Assembly: GCA_022226955.1 (NCBI GenBank)
Contig: CP092079.1
Coordinates: forward strand, 948,015-1,012,014
Origin: Nitrospira sp.
GTDB lineage: Bacteria; Nitrospirota; Nitrospiria; Nitrospirales; Nitrospiraceae
Length of the DNA stretch: 64,000 nucleotides
Reading direction: 5' to 3'
Positions 1 to 8,136 of the stretch are shown here, piece by piece (within the stretch, counting starts at the first letter, position 1; the number at the start of each line of letters is the position of its first letter). A program made the translations under genes and the position numbers. A model generated the notes under the pieces. It ran no database searches. It was not told the DNA's origin and saw only the letters and a list, made by a program, of their open reading frames with translations.

Positions 1-269
1 GACGGCATGACCTGGGTGGAGGCCGATGGATTGTGTCCATAGACCAGGACTACGACCACGCGTGGATCCAGTTCCGTCACCCGGGCGGCCGTCTCGGACG
101 GAAGCAAGTCCTCTGCATTCGCATCGATCACGGCAACCGAGATGTGCCGGCGGCGCAGATACGTTGCAATGAGACCCGCCCAAACCGGCGGCTCAATCGC
201 GCTTAAATCGCTGCCCAACGATTGATAGATCTGTGTCCGGCTTCCCGGATTAATGAGGACCACATCCAC
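1..269 (-). CDS. B12-binding domain radical SAM protein, N-terminal part (runs off the left edge)
   Basis: Manual translation from GTG at 269 (RBS GAAGGAG): MDVVLINPGSRTQIYQSLGSDLSAIEPPVWAGLIATYLRRRHISVAVIDANAE...VVVLVYGHNPSAST, typical of the cobalamin-binding N-terminus of class B radical SAM enzymes; not in the ORF track. Confidence 0.7.
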   Translation of the reverse strand, partial: MDVVLINPGSRTQIYQSLGSDLSAIEPPVWAGLIATYLRRRHISVAVIDANAEDLLPSETAARVTELDPRVVVVLVYGHNPSASTQVMP

Positions 270-300
270 GATGCTGTTCTCCTTCACACGAACGAGTGGC

Positions 301-1308
301 TCAATATCGCGCCGAATGCGGCTCTGGCTGGGGAGCCTCCACCTGCACAGTGGCCGATTCGCCCCGCACCCATTTCATAATCCTGGAGGTCACGGCGCCC
401 ACATCGAGTCCGTATTTCTCCCAAATTGCATTGCGCCCGCCATACTCGAACACAAAGCGGTCGTTTTGGCCGATCCGCATCGTCGGAATGCGCAGGTCAT
501 GGTCGATCAACAGTTCGGCAATCGCGCTGCCGAGTCCGCCGGCCAGCAGATGCTCTTCCAACGTCACCAGGCGGTCGACGTTGTGAAGGTATTGCTTCAA
601 CAGCTCGGCATTCATCGGCTTGATGCGAAACGCGTCGATCACTCCCACATTGAGATTGCTCGTCTGGCGGAGAATATCCGCGGCGGCCAGCGCGGTATGC
701 ACCATGACTCCAGTCGCAACGATGCAGACATCTTTCCCCTGGCGCAGTTGCGTCAGTCCATCCGCAATAGCAATCGGCCGCGAGGCATACACCTCGGGAA
801 TCCCCGCGCGGTCGAACCGGATGTATTGCGGCGAGCTGTCCTGATGAACTACCTGCGCCAGCTCGGCGGCGCTGCTGCCGTCGGCCATGCTATAGACTTT
901 CAGGTTCGGCAAGGCCCGCATGATGGAAATGTCCTCAACCGTGTGATGGCTCGGTCCCATGATGTCGTAGGCGTAGCCGGCTCCGACGCCGATCAGCACG
1001 ATCGGGAGATTCATGGCGCACACATCGAGCTTCACCTGCTCGTAGCAGCGCAGACTGACGAACGGCGCAATGGCATAGACGTAGACTTTCTTGCCTTCGA
1101 AGGCCATGCCGCAGGCCATGCCGATCAATTGCTGCTCGGCAATGCCGACATTGATGAACCGGTCGGGAAAATCGCGGGCGAACTGGTCGAGCGTCGGCGC
1201 TCCATTGTCGGCGGTGATGAAGATTGCCTGCGGGTCCCGCTCGAAGATCTTGTAGAGCTCGTTGAAATACCGGTCCCGCATGCCGAGGATAAATTTGGTC
1301 GCTCCCAT
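301..1308 (-). CDS. Transketolase-like enzyme, C-terminal (pyrimidine-binding/C-terminal) subunit
   Basis: DRFINVGIAEQQ, GPSHHTVED and VTLEEH motifs; start moved to MGATK at 1308 (RBS AAAGGA). Confidence 0.9.
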   Translation of the reverse strand: MGATKFILGMRDRYFNELYKIFERDPQAIFITADNGAPTLDQFARDFPDRFINVGIAEQQLIGMACGMAFEGKKVYVYAIAPFVSLRCYEQVKLDVCAMNLPIVLIGVGAGYAYDIMGPSHHTVEDISIMRALPNLKVYSMADGSSAAELAQVVHQDSSPQYIRFDRAGIPEVYASRPIAIADGLTQLRQGKDVCIVATGVMVHTALAAADILRQTSNLNVGVIDAFRIKPMNAELLKQYLHNVDRLVTLEEHLLAGGLGSAIAELLIDHDLRIPTMRIGQNDRFVFEYGGRNAIWEKYGLDVGAVTSRIMKWVRGESATVQVEAPQPEPHSARY

Positions 1309-1363
1309 GGTGACAGTTCCTTTCGGCGCCCTGCCGGGCGCAGTGGCAATGAATGATCCGCCG

Positions 1364-2254
1364 TTAGCCTTGGGCCACATCCTGACGGGTCAATTCCAAA
1401 TCCGTTCCGTCCGGAACGCGGTAGTGCCACAACCGCTGGCCTTCCATCAGCGACGCGCCTTTCCCTTTTTTCGTGTTGGCAACGATCATGAGCGGCTTCT
1501 TGCGCTTCGGCGAACGCATGTCCTTGAGCGCCGACAAAATGTCTGCGTACGAATGTCCATCGATCACCCTGGTCTCGAATCCGAACGCCTTGAACTTTTT
1601 ATCCACCGGATTCAGTTGCGGGTTATCGGAGGCCAACCGCCGGTCGGCAGGGTCCGTCGGGCCGAGCACCCCCTGGCCATTGCGATCGACGATGCAGACG
1701 AGGTTGCGATAGCCTCGGTGCCCCGCATAAATCGCGGCTTCCCAGTTGGAGCCTTCAAATAATTCCGCATCGCCGAGAAAGCAGACCACCAAGTGCTCCT
1801 CATGATTCAACAAGGCGGCTTCCGCCATTCCCGTCGCAATGGGCAGCCCATGCCCCAGCGATCCCGTGATCACTTCGATGCCGGGAATATTCCATTCCGC
1901 ATGAACGCCCAAAATGTTGCCCACGCCAGCGAAATTCTCCAATTCGGACAAGGGGAAAAATCCCAAGTCGGCGAGGATCGGATACAGACCGATGCCGCCT
2001 TGCCCCTTGCTCAGGATGAAACGGTCTCGTCCCGCCCACTTTGGATTGTGCGCGTCGAACCGCAGCAGGCCGCCGTAATACAGCGCCACCAGCAATTCCG
2101 TCTGCGAATAGGCCGTGCTGATATGGCCGCTATGCGCTTTCACCGCCATCTCCAGAACGGTCTTTCGCACCCACTGCGCTTTCGCGCGCAGGTCCGCGTA
2201 GGCGCCTGCGGATTTTGATCGCGGACTGGCGGTCGATGACGATGCTGTCTTCAT
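1364..2254 (-). CDS. Transketolase-like enzyme, N-terminal ThDP-binding subunit
   Basis: SGHIS, DRFILSKG, TGSLGHGL, GDAELFEGSNWEA..(N) ThDP motif, GKG...WHY. Confidence 0.9.
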   Translation of the reverse strand: MKTASSSTASPRSKSAGAYADLRAKAQWVRKTVLEMAVKAHSGHISTAYSQTELLVALYYGGLLRFDAHNPKWAGRDRFILSKGQGGIGLYPILADLGFFPLSELENFAGVGNILGVHAEWNIPGIEVITGSLGHGLPIATGMAEAALLNHEEHLVVCFLGDAELFEGSNWEAAIYAGHRGYRNLVCIVDRNGQGVLGPTDPADRRLASDNPQLNPVDKKFKAFGFETRVIDGHSYADILSALKDMRSPKRKKPLMIVANTKKGKGASLMEGQRLWHYRVPDGTDLELTRQDVAQG

Positions 2255-2985
2255 TGGTCTCCTCCTTGTAGGGCCTCTGTATATGCGTTATGGGATGTCG
2301 AGTATTGCGCCTGAAACGCGGACCATCGCGCTGGCGTGCCGATATCGTGCACAGGCGCCTGCTGCACGCTGGCATACAACCCCTGCCCGACCAGCGTGGG
2401 GAACACGTCGTATTCGAGCGAGCAGGGTCTGCGATCCGGTATTCGGTCGAGGATCGGACGCTCGAACGCATAGATGCCGGCATTGAGATACGCGCCGCGA
2501 GTCTTTTCGTGGAAGCCCGTAATACGCGCCGCCGCATCCAATGCGATGCCGCCGCCATCGCTGCGGCCATCGGCCTTGACCACCGCGACCGTCGCTGCGG
2601 CCTGCCGGGTACGATGCTCAGCGAGAAAAGCAGCCAGGTCGATGGCACAAAATGAATCGCCGTTGAGCACCAAGACCGGCGAGGAATTCAGGTAGCGGCG
2701 GCAGGCTCGCAGCGCCCCAGCGGTCCCGAGTGGAGCGGTTTCGTGAGAAATCGCAACCTCGATATCCGTCCGATGGCCAAAATGCTCGGCGATCCAATGC
2801 CCCTGATGGCCGGTGCAGAACACCAGGCGTCGGAATCCCTGCGAGACCGCCTGATCGACCGGCAGTTCCAGAAACGGCCGGCCGTCGATCAAGGCCATCG
2901 GCTTAGGCCGGTCAGCGACGACCGACCGCAGCCTGGTTCCCAGACCTCCGCACAGAATGACGATGGTGACATCGACTTGGTTCAT
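2251..2985 (-). CDS. hddC: Sugar-1-phosphate nucleotidyltransferase (HddC/GmhD-like guanylyltransferase)
   Basis: LCGGLGTRLRSVVADRPKPMA, PLGTAG, LNGDS motifs; ATG at 2985 overlaps the kinase stop (TAATG). Confidence 0.8.
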   Translation of the reverse strand: MNQVDVTIVILCGGLGTRLRSVVADRPKPMALIDGRPFLELPVDQAVSQGFRRLVFCTGHQGHWIAEHFGHRTDIEVAISHETAPLGTAGALRACRRYLNSSPVLVLNGDSFCAIDLAAFLAEHRTRQAAATVAVVKADGRSDGGGIALDAAARITGFHEKTRGAYLNAGIYAFERPILDRIPDRRPCSLEYDVFPTLVGQGLYASVQQAPVHDIGTPARWSAFQAQYSTSHNAYTEALQGGDQ

Positions 2986-4064
2986 TAGGCGGCGTTCCTC
3001 TTCCATTCCTGCAGGCTTTGCGCGGCCAGGTTCACGAGACTCTGTTTCTCTCCCCAGGCCGGCGCGCGCGTGATCGGCACGTCCTGTTGGTAGAACACGA
3101 TTTGGCTGCCCGCCCTCTCGAATTGAAACGGCACATGGAGCAGTCCTGGAAGCGCCGCATGAATCTTCGCGTGCAACTCGGGTTTCGCGAAAATAAGCAT
3201 GAACCCGCCGCCGCCGGCGCCAAGCAGTTTGCCTCCCAGCGCCCCGGCTCCCCTGGCCGCGTCATAGATCTGGTCGATAAAGGGTGTTGTAATTTTGCTG
3301 GTGAGCCCGCGCTTGACCATCCAGGCTTCGTGAAGCAGTTCGCCGAAATCGCTCAGATCGTGATCGCCCGTGAGGATGGACACGCCCTCCTGCACCATTT
3401 GCAACATGGCAAAGAGTTCGACGCGGCGCTGTTTGGTTTTCTCGATCTGCTCCTTGGCGATATCCGATGCCGTGCGGGAAAACCCCGTGAAGTACAGCAA
3501 CAGGTGATCCTGAAATGCCTGCAACCGCTCCGGCTTCATAATGATCGGGGTATATCCGACCTCTCCAGTCTGCCCAAAGTTGAGCCGGCAGAGTCCTCCG
3601 TAGGCAGCCAGCATCTGGTCTTGCGAGCCGACGGATTCCTGCAAGATCTCCTGCTCGACATGAATAGCCGCTTGCGCCAGTTCCGCTTTGGCCGGCATGC
3701 GATGGCGAAGGGCATAGAGGGCATGCAGCAGGCCGACGGTAAAGGAGGAACTGGACCCCAGCCCGGTTCTGGCCGGCAGATCGCCGTCGTGATGGATCTC
3801 AAGACCGTCCGTTACATTCAAATATTGCAGCACGCCCTTGACTGCAGGATGCTCGATCTCGGCATTGTCCTTCGCATGCTCGATTCTCGAATAGGCAATG
3901 CGCGTCTTATGCTCGAAGAACGGCGGGAGGTGCCGGCAGCTGATATAACAATACTTATCGATGGTGGTGGCGAGCACGGCGCCGCCGTGTTCTTTAAACC
4001 ACACGGGATAATCGGTTCCGCCTCCGAAGAAGGAAATGCGAAAGGGTGTGCGGCTGATAATCAT
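2985..4064 (-). CDS. hddA: GHMP-family sugar kinase (HddA-like D-glycero-D-manno-heptose-7-phosphate kinase)
   Basis: MIISRTPFRISFFGGGTDYP, PARTGLGSSS, GSQDQ, GGKLLGAGGGGF. Confidence 0.88.
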   Translation of the reverse strand: MIISRTPFRISFFGGGTDYPVWFKEHGGAVLATTIDKYCYISCRHLPPFFEHKTRIAYSRIEHAKDNAEIEHPAVKGVLQYLNVTDGLEIHHDGDLPARTGLGSSSSFTVGLLHALYALRHRMPAKAELAQAAIHVEQEILQESVGSQDQMLAAYGGLCRLNFGQTGEVGYTPIIMKPERLQAFQDHLLLYFTGFSRTASDIAKEQIEKTKQRRVELFAMLQMVQEGVSILTGDHDLSDFGELLHEAWMVKRGLTSKITTPFIDQIYDAARGAGALGGKLLGAGGGGFMLIFAKPELHAKIHAALPGLLHVPFQFERAGSQIVFYQQDVPITRAPAWGEKQSLVNLAAQSLQEWKRNAA

Positions 4065-4097
4065 CGAGCCCCTCCTTCGATTCGCGCTCTCACCGCG

Positions 4098-5054
4098 CTA
4101 GACATTGCCGTATCCCGTGCCGGACACGATGGTGTAGCACTTCGTCAATTCCCGGATGCCGCGCGCGAGCGGCCAATCCGGCTTGAATCCGGTCGAGAGA
4201 ATCCGTTCGTTCGACACGATGTAATCCCGTTTGTCGGGATCTTCTCCGATCGGCGCTTCGAAGAAGACAAACTGCGGAATCAGTGTCTTAATTTCCTGGC
4301 ACAACTCCAATTTCGAGAGGTTCGCGTCGTCCAAGCCGACGTTGTAGGCTCGATTCTTCATGCTGTCGAAATGATCGATCGCATGGAGAAAGGCCTGTAC
4401 GACGTCTCTGATATGGATATAGTTCCGTTTACAATGGCCTTCGAATACCACGACGGCCCGGTCATGCACCGCGCGCCAGACGAAGTCGTTGACCAGGAGA
4501 TCCATCCGCATTCGAGGCGATGCGCCAAAGACGGTCGCCAGCCGGAGCGTGATCGCGTTGCCGCGATCCAGCACGACACGTTCGGCCTTGACCTTTGTCT
4601 CGCCATACAGGCTGATAGGCCGTAGCGGCGAATCCTCTGTACAGGGCACACCCGGCTGTCCGATGCCATACCCACTGTTAGTCACCGGAAAGATGATCTG
4701 CTGATTCAACGACGCGAGCTTCGCGATCATCTGCACGGCTTCAAAGTTAATGCTGTACGCCCCGACCCGGTCGCGATTGCATAACGGGGCACCGACCAGC
4801 GCGGCGAGCGGAATAATGATGTCCGCCTCGCGCAGGAGATCCGTCACCACGCGCTCATCCCGGCAATCGCCGCGCACAACCTGGAAGGCCTCGAAGGCGC
4901 AGCAATCCAGCAGGCTGTTTTGTCGATACATAAAATTATCCAGCACAGTGACGCGATAGCCGCGGTCGAGCAGCTGTTTGCAGAGCACCGCTCCGATATA
5001 GCCGGCGCCGCCGGTCACAAGGACATGTGTGCGTGGTGTCGTCATGGCGATCAC
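4098..5054 (-). CDS. NAD-dependent nucleotide-sugar epimerase/dehydratase (extended SDR)
   Basis: VTGGAGYIG, YGETK (YxxxK), RLATVFG. Confidence 0.9.
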   Translation of the reverse strand: MIAMTTPRTHVLVTGGAGYIGAVLCKQLLDRGYRVTVLDNFMYRQNSLLDCCAFEAFQVVRGDCRDERVVTDLLREADIIIPLAALVGAPLCNRDRVGAYSINFEAVQMIAKLASLNQQIIFPVTNSGYGIGQPGVPCTEDSPLRPISLYGETKVKAERVVLDRGNAITLRLATVFGASPRMRMDLLVNDFVWRAVHDRAVVVFEGHCKRNYIHIRDVVQAFLHAIDHFDSMKNRAYNVGLDDANLSKLELCQEIKTLIPQFVFFEAPIGEDPDKRDYIVSNERILSTGFKPDWPLARGIRELTKCYTIVSGTGYGNV

Positions 5055-5060
5055 AACTCC

Positions 5061-6017
5061 TTAGAACTGATGACTGAATGGACGCGACCCGTCTGCGATG
5101 TGCTCTCTTGATGAAGCCTGCCGCATAAACCAACGCACCGTTGTCTCCAGGCCATGCCGCAGACTGGTAAACCGGCAAGCGGGAAACCGATCAGAAAACG
5201 TCGCGCTACGCAAGCGCTTGACCAGCACGCCTTCAGGTTGAGTCGCGTCGAATACCATCGGCCCTGTATAGTCCATGACTGACGCGATGGTTTCGGCCAA
5301 GGTGCGAATCGTAATGCCGCTGTCCGGAGCAATGATGGTTGTGAGGGAATCGCTGCTGCGCTGAATCGCATCGACGACGATCTTGGCGACATCGTCAACA
5401 AAGACGAACTGACGCACCGCACGACCGCTGCCCCAGACGATAAACGGAGCCCCGGTGGTTTTGGCCAGCCAGCACCGATGAATCAGCGCGCCCACCACAT
5501 GACTGCTTTCGGAATCGAAGGAGTCCTGCGGGCCATAAATTGTAACCGGCGTCAGCGTGGTCCACTGCCAGCCTTCTTCTTTCGCTACAAGACGGGTATG
5601 GAGATCCAGCATGCGCTTGGCGTAGCCGTATCCCGCATTACCGGCATAGGGCAGCGCCGTCTGCAGATCGATCTCAGTCGTGGCTCGGTCGGTAAAGATG
5701 GGGAACGCACAACTAGAGAGAAACGAGATCAGTCGCTGCACCCCAAGGGAGCGAGCCGCGGATAGCACTGCGGTATTGATCAACACATTCTCCTCAAAGA
5801 AACGGCTATTGTTCGCCGCATTTGTCTTCACGCCTCCGACCACACCGGCCAGATGGAGGATTTGCGCCGGCCTGATTTGTTCAAGCAGGCGGTGCGCCAC
5901 GCTGCGGTCACGGAGGTCTCCGTCCGCGCGCGATAGAAAGATCGCGTCAGGCCGAAGCTTCCGTATGGCCGATCCCAGCAGGCCGGTTCCACCCGTGACC
6001 AATAGAGGCCCTGTCAT
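5061..6017 (-). CDS. GDP-L-fucose synthase / GDP-colitose synthase-like reductase (Fcl/ColC family)
   Basis: VTGGTGLLG, HLAGVVGG, SSCAF, YGYAKR, WGSGRAVRQF; start MTGPLL overlaps the upstream stop (ATGA). Confidence 0.85.
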   Translation of the reverse strand: MTGPLLVTGGTGLLGSAIRKLRPDAIFLSRADGDLRDRSVAHRLLEQIRPAQILHLAGVVGGVKTNAANNSRFFEENVLINTAVLSAARSLGVQRLISFLSSCAFPIFTDRATTEIDLQTALPYAGNAGYGYAKRMLDLHTRLVAKEEGWQWTTLTPVTIYGPQDSFDSESSHVVGALIHRCWLAKTTGAPFIVWGSGRAVRQFVFVDDVAKIVVDAIQRSSDSLTTIIAPDSGITIRTLAETIASVMDYTGPMVFDATQPEGVLVKRLRSATFSDRFPACRFTSLRHGLETTVRWFMRQASSREHIADGSRPFSHQF

Positions 6018-7210
6018 GCGGCCTCCAGAACAACCTGTGAAATGGTCGCGACATCGTCCGGCGTCAGCGCGGCATGGTTCGGCAGAAAGAAGCCGCAATG
6101 ATGTATCCGGTCGGCAACCGGGAAGCTCGCCGCTCCATACCGGTTGACCCAGAATGGGTGGAGCCCCAGATTGCCGGCTGAGAAAATGCGGGTTTCAATT
6201 CCGCGCGTCACAAGTGCGTGAACAATTCGCTGGCGTTGCTGGCGCGACTCCGCCAACAGACCGACCGAAATACTGGCCACCTGGCTGTTCTTCGGAGGAC
6301 GTTGGGCATAGAAACTGGAACTGAGGCGGTCCAGATAGCGCGCATGGTTCGCCCGGCGCTGTTCCGTCATCCAGTCCAGCTTCTCGACTTGTCCGATTCC
6401 AATAAAGGCATTGAGATCGGTCGAGCGGAGATTGAATCCCGGTTCATAGAAGACAAAGGGAGAGTGAAAGTCATCGATCTGGTATTGGGTGACCAATGCG
6501 CGATGGGTCTCGGGACCCAGGTCTTTGCTCCACCCGTGACTTCGAAGCATCAACAGCAAATCGGCCAGCTCTTTGTCATTGGTCGAGACCATGCCGCCTT
6601 CAATGGTCGACATCTGATGGCCGAAGTAGAAGGAAAAACTGGCCATGTCGCCGAACGAGCCGACTTTCTGCCCGTCATAACTCGCACCAATGGCGGCGCA
6701 GGCATCTTCCAGCAACAGGAAGCCATAGCGCTCTTTCAGAGCCATCAGCTCCCGCATCTTATGCGGGACGCCCAATACCTGAACGAGCATGACCGTCTGC
6801 GGTTGATGTTGCTTCAACAGCTCTTCCAGGTGATTCAGATCCAAGCCGAAGGTGTCTGGGTCGGCTTCGCACATGATCGGCTCGAAGCCGAATTGAATCG
6901 CGGGAGCGATGGATGTCACCCAGCCGACGCTGGGCACAATGACTTTCTTGTTCCTCAAGCGTCCGGAAGCCAGCAGGGCGTAATACATGAGCAAGTTCGC
7001 CGACGATCCAGAATTGCAAAAGACGGAATGGGAGTCACCCAGCCATTGCGACCAACGCGATTCGAACTCGACGGTGATCGGGCCTTTCGTCAGGCGAGGA
7101 TAGGTGTGCAGCCATTCCACTAAGCGATCGATGTCCTGCCGATCGATGGTGTCGTAAGCAAGGCACCATCGAGGATTCAAAGTCTGCGGCGCTGCATGAC
7201 GGCCTTCCAT
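6014..7210 (-). CDS. colD: PLP-dependent DegT/DnrJ-fold enzyme, ColD-like GDP-4-keto-6-deoxy-sugar 3-dehydratase
   Basis: NSGSSANL, LLEDAC, SFYFGHQMSTIEGG with His at the usual Schiff-base Lys position, RSHGW (no Fe-S Cys motif of E1/RfbH), GFNLRSTDL; RBS GAGGAG. Confidence 0.75.
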   Translation of the reverse strand: MEGRHAAPQTLNPRWCLAYDTIDRQDIDRLVEWLHTYPRLTKGPITVEFESRWSQWLGDSHSVFCNSGSSANLLMYYALLASGRLRNKKVIVPSVGWVTSIAPAIQFGFEPIMCEADPDTFGLDLNHLEELLKQHQPQTVMLVQVLGVPHKMRELMALKERYGFLLLEDACAAIGASYDGQKVGSFGDMASFSFYFGHQMSTIEGGMVSTNDKELADLLLMLRSHGWSKDLGPETHRALVTQYQIDDFHSPFVFYEPGFNLRSTDLNAFIGIGQVEKLDWMTEQRRANHARYLDRLSSSFYAQRPPKNSQVASISVGLLAESRQQRQRIVHALVTRGIETRIFSAGNLGLHPFWVNRYGAASFPVADRIHHCGFFLPNHAALTPDDVATISQVVLEAA

Positions 7211-7265
7211 GGCGTACGCTCCTCACTCGTGATGGCAATGGACTGAGTCCGGCATGAGCGGTTAG

Positions 7266-7281
7266 TACAAGTTATGTGCCA
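7266..7281 (-). promoter_or_regulatory. Candidate sigma54 promoter of the sugar operon
   Basis: TGGCAC-ATAAC-TTGTA: GG-N10-GT, about 55 bp upstream of colD; the -12 is GT rather than GC. Confidence 0.5.
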
Positions 7282-7416
7282 TTGATTCCGTCATGGAATT
7301 CGAGAACTTGCCGAGGCACTGCAGAGGGGTGCACTATTCACCCGGCAAAATGTGCCGTGCAAAGAGGAAAGAACCGACAGGAGCAGAATCTGAAGGAGGA
7401 TGTGTGAGCGGCGAGA

Positions 7417-8136
7417 TTAGTGAAGTGGAATCGGATCGGCGGTTTTCTGCGAGGTCCATTGCTCGATGGCCTGTCGAACGGACCCGCCCCACCCGCGATA
7501 TTCGATATATTCCATTTCGTGAAAGCGAAATTCGATGCCGAGCGTCCAAGACTCCTGTGTGGACTCGACACTTTTGACAAGCCCCGTCAAATTCGTGACA
7601 TGCCCAAGCCCGGCCAGTTCAAACTCCATACGCAACGAGGTTCCTGCCCGCAGCCACGACGGAGCCTGCGGAACAATCACGCTGCACCCGCCGGTGCTCA
7701 AATTTTGAAGCAGCCCGCCGACGATGGATGCCGACGGCACGCCTCCCACTACAGCGCGGTTTGCCCGCTCGAGAATGATCGGCTCGCTGGATAGCACGCG
7801 GGTATGTTTGCGTAAATGCATCTCTTCCACAGCTTGCGGAAATGCGATGAAGAGCAGCGGCACCGGCGCCGTCAACCTGTCTCGAATTTCCGTGCGATAC
7901 CCAACCAGCTTTCCATTGTGGAGATAGCTGACCGTGCAAGGGGTTCCTGGCGGAATATCCACTCCACTGCCGACCTGCAATGGCCACTCGCAGATCAGCC
8001 AGGCGTAGTCTTTCCATCCCAGGAGCGTCGATCCATACAGCACCTTTTCCCCACTGAGCATAAAGGATAACTTGAGGGAAAGGCCGACCGTGAGGAAAGA
8101 CGCCGGCGAGAGTTGTGTCGTGGTCACATCGTTCAT
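7417..8136 (-). CDS. PilZ-domain c-di-GMP receptor, YcgR/flagellar brake-like
   Basis: N-terminal YcgR-like beta domain, then RKHTR (RxxxR) and NLSTGG (D/NxSxxG); ATGA overlap with the HD-GYP stop. Confidence 0.85.
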   Translation of the reverse strand: MNDVTTTQLSPASFLTVGLSLKLSFMLSGEKVLYGSTLLGWKDYAWLICEWPLQVGSGVDIPPGTPCTVSYLHNGKLVGYRTEIRDRLTAPVPLLFIAFPQAVEEMHLRKHTRVLSSEPIILERANRAVVGGVPSASIVGGLLQNLSTGGCSVIVPQAPSWLRAGTSLRMEFELAGLGHVTNLTGLVKSVESTQESWTLGIEFRFHEMEYIEYRGWGGSVRQAIEQWTSQKTADPIPLH

